A stretch of 54,484 bases of DNA from Bacteroidales bacterium (GTDB lineage Bacteria; Bacteroidota; Bacteroidia; Bacteroidales; VadinHA17). Location: the NCBI GenBank assembly GCA_015712185.1, contig JADDYF010000058.1:1-54484 (forward strand). Direction: 5' to 3'. The position numbers were made by a program, and so were the translations under genes. The notes under the pieces are model-generated. The model was not told where the DNA came from, made no database searches, and worked only from the letters and a program-made list of their open reading frames with translations. Below are positions 20,378-29,624 of this stretch, piece after piece. Numbering within the stretch: the first letter of the stretch is position 1; each line of letters begins with the position of its first letter.

Positions 20378-21085
20378 ATGAAATACTCGAGGATATTATT
20401 AAAAATAAGCGGCGAATCGCTGGCAGGAAAGGCAAAACAAGGGATAAGCGATGAAGTTATCGGGGATTATGCTGCCCAGATAGCGGCTGTCACAAAAACA
20501 GGCTGCCAGGTAGCGGTAGTAATCGGAGGAGGAAATATATTCCGTGGACTTAGTGGTACAAAATCGGGTTTTGACAGGGTAAAGGGCGATCAGATGGGTA
20601 TGCTGGCAACCGTGATAAACAGCCTGGCCCTCGAATGTGCCATCAGGAATAACGGCGGCAAAGCTGCTGTCTTTACATCTATAAGGATGGAACCTGTCGG
20701 AGAACTTTACAAACGCGACAGAGTTGCTGAAGAGCTGAAAAACGGAACTGTATGCATTCTTGCAGGAGGTACCGGCAATCCGTTCTTCACAACGGATACT
20801 GCCGCTGCACTCAGGGCCGTTGAGATAGGAGCCGACGTTCTGCTTAAAGGCACAAGGGTTGATGGTGTATATACTTCCGATCCTGAGAAATATCCGAAGG
20901 CAAAGAGATTTGAAGAGATCACATTCGAAGAAGTTATCAGGCGCAACCTGAAGGTTATGGATGCAACTGCATTCACAATGTGCAGGGATAACAGAATGCC
21001 AATTGTTGTATTTAATATGAATAAACCCGGAAACCTTTTGAGGCTGATCAAAGGGACAAAAACAGGAACTCTCATTTGTGATTAG
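20378..21085 (+). CDS. pyrH: UMP kinase
   Basis: RILLK.SGE.L, VVIGGGNIFRG and VDGVYT.DP motifs. 235 aa. Confidence 0.95.
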   Translation: MKYSRILLKISGESLAGKAKQGISDEVIGDYAAQIAAVTKTGCQVAVVIGGGNIFRGLSGTKSGFDRVKGDQMGMLATVINSLALECAIRNNGGKAAVFTSIRMEPVGELYKRDRVAEELKNGTVCILAGGTGNPFFTTDTAAALRAVEIGADVLLKGTRVDGVYTSDPEKYPKAKRFEEITFEEVIRRNLKVMDATAFTMCRDNRMPIVVFNMNKPGNLLRLIKGTKTGTLICD

Positions 21086-21113
21086 AAGAAGGATAAATTT
21101 CAGGCTATTTTAT

Positions 21114-21121
21114 TATTTTTG
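21114..21121 (+). promoter_or_regulatory. Candidate -7 box (TAnnTTTG) upstream of frr
   Basis: TATTTTTG lies 67 nt upstream of the frr ATG. Motif match only. Confidence 0.3.
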
Positions 21122-21187
21122 TTATTTTATTGGTTGTAAGCAAAATGTATTAATAATAAATATTATTAACCGGTAAACCTGATCTAT

Positions 21188-21751
21188 ATGAATGAAGAAG
21201 TTGATCTGATTATAGAAGAAACAAGGGACAGGATGGGAAAAGCCCTTGAGCATCTCGAACATGAGCTTGCCAGACTAAGGGCCGGCAGAGCAACTCCTGT
21301 ACTTCTCGACGGAATAACAGTTGACTATTACGGAGTCAACTCCCCGCTGACGCAGGTTTCAAATATAAACACTCCCGATCCCAAAACAATATTGATACAG
21401 CCCTGGGAAAAGACCATGCTGGGCACCATAGAAAAGGCTATAATGGCTGCCAACATAGGGCTTACACCGATAAACAACGGCGAGGTAATCCGCATAAATA
21501 TACCTCCCCTGACAGAGGAACGTCGACATCAGCTTGTTAAACAGGTACGCAACGAGGGGGAAACGGCAAAGATCAGCGTGCGGAATGCACGTAAATGGGC
21601 TAATGATGAGCTTAAGCAGCTTCTTAAGGATGGACTTCCCGAGGACATGGAAAAAGATGCCGTGGAAATGGTCCAGGAGATGACTCACGACTTCAACGGG
21701 AAGATCGAAAAGGTCATGGCAATGAAAGAAAAGGATGTTATGACGGTTTAA
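21188..21751 (+). CDS. frr: Ribosome recycling factor
   Basis: 187 aa with L..LR.GRA.P..LD.I.V.YYG, I.P.LTEERR..LVK and RN.R motifs. Confidence 0.95.
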   Translation: MNEEVDLIIEETRDRMGKALEHLEHELARLRAGRATPVLLDGITVDYYGVNSPLTQVSNINTPDPKTILIQPWEKTMLGTIEKAIMAANIGLTPINNGEVIRINIPPLTEERRHQLVKQVRNEGETAKISVRNARKWANDELKQLLKDGLPEDMEKDAVEMVQEMTHDFNGKIEKVMAMKEKDVMTV

Positions 21752-24149
21752 GCCTCAGCGTATATTTTGCTGCTGCTTTCACGGCACCATCAGAAAAGGC
21801 ATCTTTATAAAACTCTCCTTCAATATAGGTTTTTGTCTGTGACAGATAAAACTCGCTTGCAGGTATACCCGATGCTCCGGTTGGTATAACAGTATATGAT
21901 TCGTCCCAGTCTGCGGTATTGAATATATGCCTCTCAGAAGCTCCGTGATCTATAATGAATCCCGGATCGAATGAATATGGGCTTACGGTATGATCACTCC
22001 CCCCGACAGGATACTCATCCGAATTAAAGCCGAATACTTTATCAAGAACCGGAGAGGCTGATCCAAGTGGATGCCGGATGGTTATCCTGTGAATATTACC
22101 CCATTTCCAGTCTTCAGGATCTTCCCCGAACTGAGCAGTTACCGATGCAATACAATCCCTGAAACTCTTAAGTATTATATCATCAAGAGTCTCTTTTTCC
22201 TCAGTATCGATATTATCGACCCATCCGTCAGGTCCGGTTTTCAGGATCCTGAAGATATAATTATCAGTAATTACATTGTAATTACGTCCTACGGAAATAT
22301 ACCTGTCATAAAGTTCCTTAAGCTCATCGGAAAGAAGATTCCTGCCGAAGCTTATTCTGAAAAATTCGAAGAGTGACGGAGCTGCCAGGTCTGTATCCAT
22401 ATCGTAGTCCCATGCTGAAAGCATTTTCAGAGCTTCTTTTTCCGGCCGGGTAAAGGTCTCTTTTATGTCATTAAGTCTCAGTATAAATGGTGTCATCAGG
22501 GCAGCATAATCTGAATGCTGATCATTTACCATACGCCTGAAGTCATCAAGCGTGAAGATATCTTTTTCCTCAAGCATCTGCCTTATCCTGTTAATCCTGT
22601 AGGGCAGGGCAAAGTTGCAGCTTATATAGTAAGGATATCTGTCGGATACAGTTTTATTGTTTGCAGAAGAAACATATCCTGTTTCAGGGTTGAAGCTGTA
22701 TGGGAGCTGATCAAATGGAACAAAACCTTTCCAGTCAGACTCTTCAGTATCACCATTTCTGATGAATGCTCCATGACCTTTCCTTACTGGTATACCGCCT
22801 CCCGTATTAAGTCCTATATTACCGTCGACGTCGGCATAAATAATATTCTGGCTGCACGACCTGAATGTAGTGATGGCTGAACGGAAGTCATCCCATCCCG
22901 AAGCCCGGTTCAGGAGGTAACATGTACGGAGCTCATCACTCGTATCGTAACCCGACCATCTCATACTAAGTGCAGCATCCTCCACGTTTCTGTATCCCGA
23001 TATGACAGGCCCGCGGTGAGTATATCTTATGATTATCGAATCCTTTCCCCCTCCCTTTGTTTTTATTATTTCCTTTTTTACAAGCAGATTCTTCCATTCG
23101 CCGTTGAAGTAATATTGATTTTCATTCTGAGGATTGATTTTTTCGGCAAACAGGTCAATATCGTCAACCATCAGATTGGTCATCCCCCAGGCTATTCTCT
23201 CGTTATGCCCGCATATTATGAATGGCTGACCGGGCACTGCGACTCCGGTAACATTAAGTTTTCCGGGAATCACCTGATGCATCTGGAACCATATTCCGGG
23301 AGAACCAAAGTCGAGATGCATATCATTTGACAGGACAGGCCTGCCTGTTTCAGTTTTTTTACCGGAAACTGCCCAGCTGTTGCTGCCGGAAAATGGCACA
23401 ACGCCCAGTGCCTTTAATTCATCCATCGATGAAATAAATTCCCGGGCTTCGCTTAAAAGTGTATCGTTCAGGCTATAGTCAGGAAATACCACTGAAGTAT
23501 CTGCATTCCAGTCAGGAATTAGCCGGGCAGCTTTTTCAGCTCCCATCTTCTGTGCAAGCCTGTAATAGAAGATCTCCTGTGTGAGATTATCCTTTGCCAG
23601 GCTCCACCCCATATACCCGATGATATTCACGATATCTTCCAGCTTCCAGGGATCAGGCTTATATGACAGTATTCTGAATTCAGGCGGGAGCTTCCTGCCG
23701 GCACCGGCTATATAGGCATTTACACCATCAGCAAACGCCTGCAGACATGATATGATCGAAGGATCAGCTCCACTCAGTACCATCTTGGATTTTGATGTCA
23801 TCGCAAGGCACCTGAGAAATTTATCGGTTTCTACCATCGATTCTCCCATAACCTCTGACAGCCGGCCTGTTGTCACCCGGCGTATGAGATCCATGAACCA
23901 CAGCCTTTCCTGCGACATTACATAACCAACTGCATAATAAAGGTCGTGCTCATTGCCTGCATAAAAATGAGGCATGCCTCTTTCATCCCTGTAAACAGTT
24001 ACTTCGTCAGTAAGTCCTGATAAGACAAGCTCTCCACCGTATTGAGGTAATGCACTTCTCTGTATCACCGAAATAAGTATCAGTCCTGATGCAAGTGCAA
24101 TAATAATCAGAGCCAGAAGCGAAAGCAGAATGTTTTTGAGTATTTTCAT
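21738..24149 (-). CDS. Penicillin/AHL acylase family protein (Ntn hydrolase, peptidase S45), paralog 1, N-terminal membrane anchor
   Basis: 803 aa. Motifs are VYRDERGMPHFYA, AQ/SQERLWFMDL, FSGSNSWAVSG (beta-subunit N-terminal Ser nucleophile context) and NDMHL. Its 3' end overlaps the frr 3' end by 14 nt (convergent). Confidence 0.85.
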   Translation of the reverse strand: MKILKNILLSLLALIIIALASGLILISVIQRSALPQYGGELVLSGLTDEVTVYRDERGMPHFYAGNEHDLYYAVGYVMSQERLWFMDLIRRVTTGRLSEVMGESMVETDKFLRCLAMTSKSKMVLSGADPSIISCLQAFADGVNAYIAGAGRKLPPEFRILSYKPDPWKLEDIVNIIGYMGWSLAKDNLTQEIFYYRLAQKMGAEKAARLIPDWNADTSVVFPDYSLNDTLLSEAREFISSMDELKALGVVPFSGSNSWAVSGKKTETGRPVLSNDMHLDFGSPGIWFQMHQVIPGKLNVTGVAVPGQPFIICGHNERIAWGMTNLMVDDIDLFAEKINPQNENQYYFNGEWKNLLVKKEIIKTKGGGKDSIIIRYTHRGPVISGYRNVEDAALSMRWSGYDTSDELRTCYLLNRASGWDDFRSAITTFRSCSQNIIYADVDGNIGLNTGGGIPVRKGHGAFIRNGDTEESDWKGFVPFDQLPYSFNPETGYVSSANNKTVSDRYPYYISCNFALPYRINRIRQMLEEKDIFTLDDFRRMVNDQHSDYAALMTPFILRLNDIKETFTRPEKEALKMLSAWDYDMDTDLAAPSLFEFFRISFGRNLLSDELKELYDRYISVGRNYNVITDNYIFRILKTGPDGWVDNIDTEEKETLDDIILKSFRDCIASVTAQFGEDPEDWKWGNIHRITIRHPLGSASPVLDKVFGFNSDEYPVGGSDHTVSPYSFDPGFIIDHGASERHIFNTADWDESYTVIPTGASGIPASEFYLSQTKTYIEGEFYKDAFSDGAVKAAAKYTLRLKPS

Positions 24150-24180
24150 CTTACCAGAATTTGATCATGGCTATTTACAT

Positions 24181-26607
24181 CTATTCCGGATTCAGTATCA
24201 TGGTATACTTTGCCGACGACCTCACAGCATCTTCCGTAAAATGATCCCCGTAAAACTCTTTGCTGAGGTAGGTCTTCACCTGTGAGAGGTAGAACTCGCT
24301 TGCCGGCATTCCTGAAGCCCCGCCGGGGATTACTGTCAGTGATTCATTCCAGTCAGCAGTATTGAAAATATGCCTTTCTGAAGCACCGTGTGCTACTTTA
24401 TAATCGGGACTGAAAGAGAAATACGGACAGACAGTATGATCGCTTCCCCCTATACTGTATTTATGCGAATTCAGCTTATACAGGAAATTGAGTATCCTTA
24501 CTGAACCCAGGGGATGCTGCAGTGTGAGGGTATGGATCTTCCCCCATTCCCAGCTTTTCTGATTCTTCCCAAGTTGTTTTACAAGCGATTGAACAGCTTC
24601 CCTGAAACTCTGCATGATGATGTCATCAAGTATTTCTTTTTCGGGTGTAGTGATATCATCCACAAGATCGTCCGACTCAGTTCTCAGGATACGGTATATA
24701 TAATACTCAGCCGTCATATAAAACAACTGATCATAAAGGTCTCCCAGCTCATCAGCAAGCAGATTCCTTCTGAAGCTGTTCCTGAAAGATTCAAATATCG
24801 TGGGTGCGATCCTGTCTGCTTTCATTTCATAATCCCAGGATTTCAGTGCTGCAAGTGCACCAGTTTCTGCTGGAGTAAGTTCTTCAAGCATGTTATCCAA
24901 CCGAAGAATATATGGTGTCATCAGTTCCGCCAGGGCGGAATGCTGATCTGTTATCATCCTCCTGAAATCGTCCATACTGAATTTCTCCTTTTCATCAAGC
25001 ATCTGCCTTATCCTGTTTATCCTGTACGGAACAACAAAGTCACAGCTGATAAAATAGGGATAATCATCACCGACAGTCTTATTATTGGCTGATGAGACAT
25101 ATCCGATTTCAGGATTAAAGCTGAATGGCAGCAGTTCAAAGGGGACATACCCCTTCCAGTCATATTCATCGGTTTCCCCGTTTCTGATAATTATACCGCC
25201 GCTTTTCCTTATCGGAATTCCTCCACCGATACTCAGCCCAATATTCCCTTCAACATCAGCATAAACAAAATTCTGGCTTACTGATCCGAATGTTTTCAGG
25301 GCAGACCTGAAATCATCCCAGTTTTCCGCCCTGTTCAAGAGGAAGACTGATCGTACTTCGTCACTATAATCATAACCCGACCATCTCATGCTCAGGACAG
25401 CATCGCTGACATCCCTGAAATCTGAAACAACCGCTCCACGGTGGGTGAACCGGATTGTAACCGTATCCGGTAAACCTTTTTTGATGCTGATAATTTCAGT
25501 CTTGTTGATCAGATTCTTCCATTCGCCGTTGAACAGGTACTGGTTATGGTTTTCGGGGTTGAGCTTTTCAACATACAGATCGACGTCATCCACCATCAGG
25601 TTTGTCATTCCCCATGCGATATTCTGATTATGACCGGCAATTATGAAAGGCTGACCAGGTATCAGTACGCCTGTAACGTTAAGCTTCCCCGGTATCACCT
25701 GGTGCATTTGTAACCATATGCCAGGATTGCTGAATGTCAAGTGCATATCGTTTGAAAGTACAGGCTTCCCGGTCTCTGTCCTTTTTCCTGATACAGCCCA
25801 GTTATTGCTCCCTGAGAATGCGGTTACCCCAAGGTTTGCTATCCTGTCAGTTGCTGAAATAAAAGATTCCAGCTGTGATATAATTGCCTGGTCAAGTTTA
25901 AAATCGGGGTAGACAAAGTCTGCAGGTATTTTCCAGTCAGGGAGCAGTACTGAAGCTTTCTCAAATCCGAGCTTTTGTACCAGTTTATAGCTGAAGATCT
26001 CAGAGGTCAGATTTCGTGACGTAAGGTTCCAGCCCATGAATCCTACAATATTTGCGACATCTTCAAGTGTCCATGGTTCAGGGCTGTAAGATAGGATCCG
26101 GAATTCCACCGGCAGCTTGCGCTTTACTGAATTAATGAAAGCATTCACTCCATCCGTATAGGCCTGCAGACATCTGATAATTTCGGGATCCTCTTTCTCT
26201 ATAACATTTTTCGACTTTTCCCTTATCTGAAGACACCTGGCAAACCTGTCAGCCAGTAAGAAGGTTTTGCCATTGATCTCAGATGAAGTGTTAGATCTGT
26301 CGCCGAAAATCTCACTCAGGCGGCCCGTGGAACTTCGGCGGATAAGGTCCATCTGCCAGAGCCGCTCCTGGGCTGAGACAAATCCTACTGCAAAATAAAG
26401 ATCATGTTCATTCCCGGCATAAATATGAGGCATCCCCCGTTCGTCCCTGTAGACTGTGACCTTGTCTGAAAGATCCTGAATAACTACGGTGCCTTCATAC
26501 TGGGGACATCTTCTCCTTTGATTATCTGAAGGTGATGCATAGCCTGTGCCAAGGACTGAAAGTCCTAAAATAGTGATGGAGAGAAAAGCTTTTTCCCGGA
26601 TTTTCAT
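24181..26607 (-). CDS. Penicillin/AHL acylase family protein (Ntn hydrolase, peptidase S45), paralog 2, cleavable signal peptide
   Basis: 808 aa and collinear with paralog 1. I judged roughly 60-75% identity in the stretches I aligned by eye. The FSGSNNWAVSG nucleophile context is conserved. It lies 31 nt upstream of paralog 1. Confidence 0.85.
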   Translation of the reverse strand: MKIREKAFLSITILGLSVLGTGYASPSDNQRRRCPQYEGTVVIQDLSDKVTVYRDERGMPHIYAGNEHDLYFAVGFVSAQERLWQMDLIRRSSTGRLSEIFGDRSNTSSEINGKTFLLADRFARCLQIREKSKNVIEKEDPEIIRCLQAYTDGVNAFINSVKRKLPVEFRILSYSPEPWTLEDVANIVGFMGWNLTSRNLTSEIFSYKLVQKLGFEKASVLLPDWKIPADFVYPDFKLDQAIISQLESFISATDRIANLGVTAFSGSNNWAVSGKRTETGKPVLSNDMHLTFSNPGIWLQMHQVIPGKLNVTGVLIPGQPFIIAGHNQNIAWGMTNLMVDDVDLYVEKLNPENHNQYLFNGEWKNLINKTEIISIKKGLPDTVTIRFTHRGAVVSDFRDVSDAVLSMRWSGYDYSDEVRSVFLLNRAENWDDFRSALKTFGSVSQNFVYADVEGNIGLSIGGGIPIRKSGGIIIRNGETDEYDWKGYVPFELLPFSFNPEIGYVSSANNKTVGDDYPYFISCDFVVPYRINRIRQMLDEKEKFSMDDFRRMITDQHSALAELMTPYILRLDNMLEELTPAETGALAALKSWDYEMKADRIAPTIFESFRNSFRRNLLADELGDLYDQLFYMTAEYYIYRILRTESDDLVDDITTPEKEILDDIIMQSFREAVQSLVKQLGKNQKSWEWGKIHTLTLQHPLGSVRILNFLYKLNSHKYSIGGSDHTVCPYFSFSPDYKVAHGASERHIFNTADWNESLTVIPGGASGMPASEFYLSQVKTYLSKEFYGDHFTEDAVRSSAKYTMILNPE

Positions 26608-26648
26608 AAAAGGAAATAATATTACCCCAATTTACTAAATTCCCGCGA

Positions 26649-27632
26649 TCAGCGCTTCACTCTCAGGGAAATTCCTGAGGTACAGTTTCTGCAGATTTCA
26701 GTCATATCGCGACCTGAAAGCAGGTTTTTTCTGAAAATCTTATATTTAGGTCCTTCCCATATATCGTAAAATGACTCTTCGTTGAGATCGCCCATTACAT
26801 GCTCAGCATCTTTATCAAAACAGCAGGGGAGAACTTTCCCATCCCATGTAATTACCGGATTGAACCAGAGGCGCGGGCAGCGATTCGGGAAGGAGTTCTT
26901 AAGTACATATTCTCCGTTCTTTTTTTCATATCTGCAGAATTCCGGTTTTGAAGGCATCCAGTATCCGGCTGCCTCCTTAGTGATGATCTGCATTGATTTC
27001 AGCCTGAGGGAAGCTTTCATTTTATGTGCAAAAGCTTTTGCCAGTGGTATCTGATGCTCATTGAGCCGGTTTACCAGGAACTGGATCTGAAGGTTCATTT
27101 TTGAAGAAAATCTCTCTCTTGCTTCTGCAATATTCCTTATTCCTTCTGTCACCTTCTGAAGATCACCATTTACCCTGTATGACGAGTAAGTGGTCTGGTC
27201 CATGCCATCCAGTGAAACGATGAGTGTCCATAATCCCGACTTCACAAGTCTTTCAGCGTTCTCCGGAGACAAAAAATGACCATTTGTTGAAACCACGGAC
27301 CTGATGCCCCTGCTCTTCTGAATGAATACGAATAATTTCGGGTGGAGCATCGGCTCGCCCTGGAAATAGAGGTTGATATTGTACAGGAACGGTCGAAGTT
27401 CTGTAATGATCCTGCCGAAGAGCTCTGTATCCATATAGCCTCTGCACCGTTTCATCAAACCCTGGCTTGTTCCTGAAAAGCACTCAGGGCAGTTCAGATT
27501 GCAATTATTTGTCAGTTCAGCGGAAATGGCCGGTGGCATCCTGGAGATAAATGCATTTCCCGTTGCAATGCTCCTGAAATACGAGAAGCCCGCAGAGAAG
27601 GCATTCGAGGTTCTGACAAACCGGCCGGTCAT
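26649..27632 (-). CDS. Radical SAM enzyme with a C-terminal SPASM/twitch-like Cys cluster
   Basis: CNLNCPEC (CX3CX2C) at aa ~44-51, then GEPMLHP, STNGH and VSLDG core motifs. The C-terminal Cys pattern is CPRLW...LPCCFDKD...CRNC. It lies 41 nt upstream of acylase paralog 2. Confidence 0.85.
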   Translation of the reverse strand: MTGRFVRTSNAFSAGFSYFRSIATGNAFISRMPPAISAELTNNCNLNCPECFSGTSQGLMKRCRGYMDTELFGRIITELRPFLYNINLYFQGEPMLHPKLFVFIQKSRGIRSVVSTNGHFLSPENAERLVKSGLWTLIVSLDGMDQTTYSSYRVNGDLQKVTEGIRNIAEARERFSSKMNLQIQFLVNRLNEHQIPLAKAFAHKMKASLRLKSMQIITKEAAGYWMPSKPEFCRYEKKNGEYVLKNSFPNRCPRLWFNPVITWDGKVLPCCFDKDAEHVMGDLNEESFYDIWEGPKYKIFRKNLLSGRDMTEICRNCTSGISLRVKR

Positions 27633-27745
27633 CTGTTATGCTGAAACTTTGTTGTAAGATAAGAAATTATTTTTTCTGCCGGGCAATAGGGTATTTGGCT
27701 TTTTGATGGTCTTAGTGTTGAAAACGAATAAGTACTTTTTATCAT
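27629..27745 (-). CDS. Speculative 38-aa small ORF overlapping the radical SAM start codon (ATGA)
   Basis: Hand translation of the minus strand gives MIKSTYSFSTLRPSKSQIPYCPAEKIISYLTTKFQHNR-stop. Its TGA (27631-27629) overlaps the rSAM ATG (27632-27630). There is no homology support, and the AT-rich region could be open by chance. Confidence 0.15.
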   Translation of the reverse strand: MIKSTYSFSTLRPSKSQIPYCPAEKIISYLTTKFQHNR

Positions 27746-27768
27746 TTATAACCAAATTACATTATGCC

Positions 27769-29073
27769 ATGAAAACTATCAGAATTTTTTCATTAGTTGC
27801 AGCAGTCACCTTGCTGGCCTTTTCAGCTGAGACGCTGTCTGCAGCACCCACCTCAGCCAGGAAAAAAGCTGACCAGCAGACATACCTTACCATCAGGGGA
27901 AAGGTTGTTGATGCTGAAACAGGGGCACCTCTTGTATTTGCAACAGTGGCCGTGATGGAGACCAACGTTGCTATTATCACGAACATCGATGGAGAGTTCA
28001 CCCTTAAGATTGGTGATACAGAGGCTTCAAAAAACCTTGAGATCACCTACCTGGGCTATAAGAACAAGATAATCCCCATCAGTTCAATGCGAAACGACGG
28101 GTATAAGAACAGTATTTCGCTCGAACCTGCACCGATACCCATCAAAGAGATTGTTGTGCGACCGATAAATCCCGAGGAAATTGTCGGAAAAGCAATCGAC
28201 CGTATCGGCAAAAACTATGAAAATGTGCCAAACCTGATGACGGCTTTCTACAGGGAGACGATCCGTAAGAACCGAACATACGTCTCAATAGGAGAAGCTG
28301 TTGTGGAGATCTTCAAGGCACCCTACAGCAACGATCTGCGTTATGACGGGGCAAGGATCTACAAAGGGAGAAAAAGCTCCGATGTTGAAAGAATGGATAC
28401 CATCCTTTTCAAACTCCAGGGTGGGACCACCAGTGTCCTTCTCCTCGACATAGCAAAAAATACAGAGCTGATCCTTACCAGGGATGCCATGAAATACTAT
28501 AATTATTCCCTGATGAGTGTTATTGAAATTGACGGCAAACCACATTACGGAATTGATTTCGTACAGAAGCCTTCTGCCGAAATGCCGTTGTTCATGGGAA
28601 CACTATATATAGAAATGGATTCATACGCCATATCTGAGGCTGAATTCGGTTTCAACCTCGAGGACAAGGCGGCTGCCGCATCGATCTTCATACGCAAGAA
28701 ACCGCTCGGAATGGAAGTGGTTCCTGAGGTGGCAACATACAGGACCAAATACCGTGAACAGGATGGGAAATGGCATTTCTCATATTCAAGAGCTGAAGTA
28801 AAGTTCAAGGTCAACTGGAAGAAGAAACTTTTCAATACCTACTATACAACCATGTCGGAAATTGCGGTGACCGATCGTACTGACCAGGAAGTTATTAAAT
28901 TTGCAGGTAAGGATAAGATAAAGTACACGGATGTATTTTCCGAAAAGGTTGGTTCATTTGCTGATCCTGAATTCTGGGGAGATTATAATGTGATAGAACC
29001 TGACCAGAGTATTGAATCAGCAATCCGCAGACTCAGCAGAAAACTTAAGTTCAGCGACAGGGAACCGGAATAA
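27769..29073 (+). CDS. Secreted CarboxypepD_reg-domain protein with an uncharacterised ~300-aa C-terminal domain (paralog A)
   Basis: The ATG at 27769 gives the signal peptide MKTIRIFSLVAAVTLLAFSAETLSA. IRGKVVDAETGAPLVFATVAV...TNIDGEFTLKI is the CarboxypepD_reg signature. The C-terminal part is collinear with ORF 30638-32188. Confidence 0.7.
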   Translation: MKTIRIFSLVAAVTLLAFSAETLSAAPTSARKKADQQTYLTIRGKVVDAETGAPLVFATVAVMETNVAIITNIDGEFTLKIGDTEASKNLEITYLGYKNKIIPISSMRNDGYKNSISLEPAPIPIKEIVVRPINPEEIVGKAIDRIGKNYENVPNLMTAFYRETIRKNRTYVSIGEAVVEIFKAPYSNDLRYDGARIYKGRKSSDVERMDTILFKLQGGTTSVLLLDIAKNTELILTRDAMKYYNYSLMSVIEIDGKPHYGIDFVQKPSAEMPLFMGTLYIEMDSYAISEAEFGFNLEDKAAAASIFIRKKPLGMEVVPEVATYRTKYREQDGKWHFSYSRAEVKFKVNWKKKLFNTYYTTMSEIAVTDRTDQEVIKFAGKDKIKYTDVFSEKVGSFADPEFWGDYNVIEPDQSIESAIRRLSRKLKFSDREPE

Positions 29074-29087
29074 AGCATTGGCAGTGA

Positions 29088-29624
29088 ATGAACAGGGATA
29101 CTGAAACCATAGAGAGGATCCGGAAAGGTGATGCACAGGAATTTGAATCCCTTTTCAGATCCTCCTACGTTTCCCTGGTCAGGTATGCCAGAACGATGGT
29201 CAGAGACCATGATACAGCCGAAGAAATTGTCCAGGATCTGTTTTTCAGACTCTGGAAAGACAAAGAAAAATTAAACATAGAAAGTTCTTTAAATGGCTAC
29301 CTTTTCAGAGCTGTCCATAACAGATGCCTTCACTGGATAGATCATAACAGGATTGTCGGAAATTATGCCCGGGAGATGGCTGATACACATACCGAAAGTC
29401 CCGATAATCCATCCGATATGATCGTTCTTAAGGAGCTCCAGCATAAAATAGTGAAGATCCTGGAACGGCTCCCTGAGAGATGCGGAAGGATATTTTGTAT
29501 GAACCGCTTCGAAGGACTAAAATATGCAGAAATAGCTGAAAAGCTGTCTGTCTCGATCAAAACGGTTGAGGCAAACATGGGAAGAGCGTTAAAAGAATTC
29601 AGAAAAGCTTTGACAGAACAATGA
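29088..29624 (+). CDS. ECF (sigma-70 family group IV) RNA polymerase sigma factor
   Basis: 178 aa. Region 2 (ARTMVRDHDTAEEIVQDLFFRLW) and region 4 HTH (LKYAEIAEKLSVSIKTVEANMGRALK) are present. It starts 14 nt after the upstream stop. Confidence 0.9.
   Translation: MNRDTETIERIRKGDAQEFESLFRSSYVSLVRYARTMVRDHDTAEEIVQDLFFRLWKDKEKLNIESSLNGYLFRAVHNRCLHWIDHNRIVGNYAREMADTHTESPDNPSDMIVLKELQHKIVKILERLPERCGRIFCMNRFEGLKYAEIAEKLSVSIKTVEANMGRALKEFRKALTEQ

Noticed and set aside
21738-21751. 14-nt overlap of the convergent 3' ends of frr and acylase paralog 1.
   Set aside because: Both stop codons are verified by hand and the overlap is real. Short convergent overlaps are common and imply nothing beyond compact packing.
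24514-25092. 192-aa plus-strand ORF inside acylase paralog 2. Similar long antisense ORFs occur at 45319-45951, 12100-12579, 53624-54094, 14700-15170 and 41423-41902.
   Set aside because: All are antisense to well-supported genes, with no recognisable motifs. They are shadow frames.
27638-27706. 22-aa Cys-rich plus-strand ORF (MLKLCCKIRNYFFCRAIGYLAF) in the divergent spacer.
   Set aside because: It starts 6 nt from the divergent rSAM start, so its promoter would lie inside that gene. It is antisense to the other candidate small ORF and very short. It is mentioned only as an alternative under the small-ORF finding.
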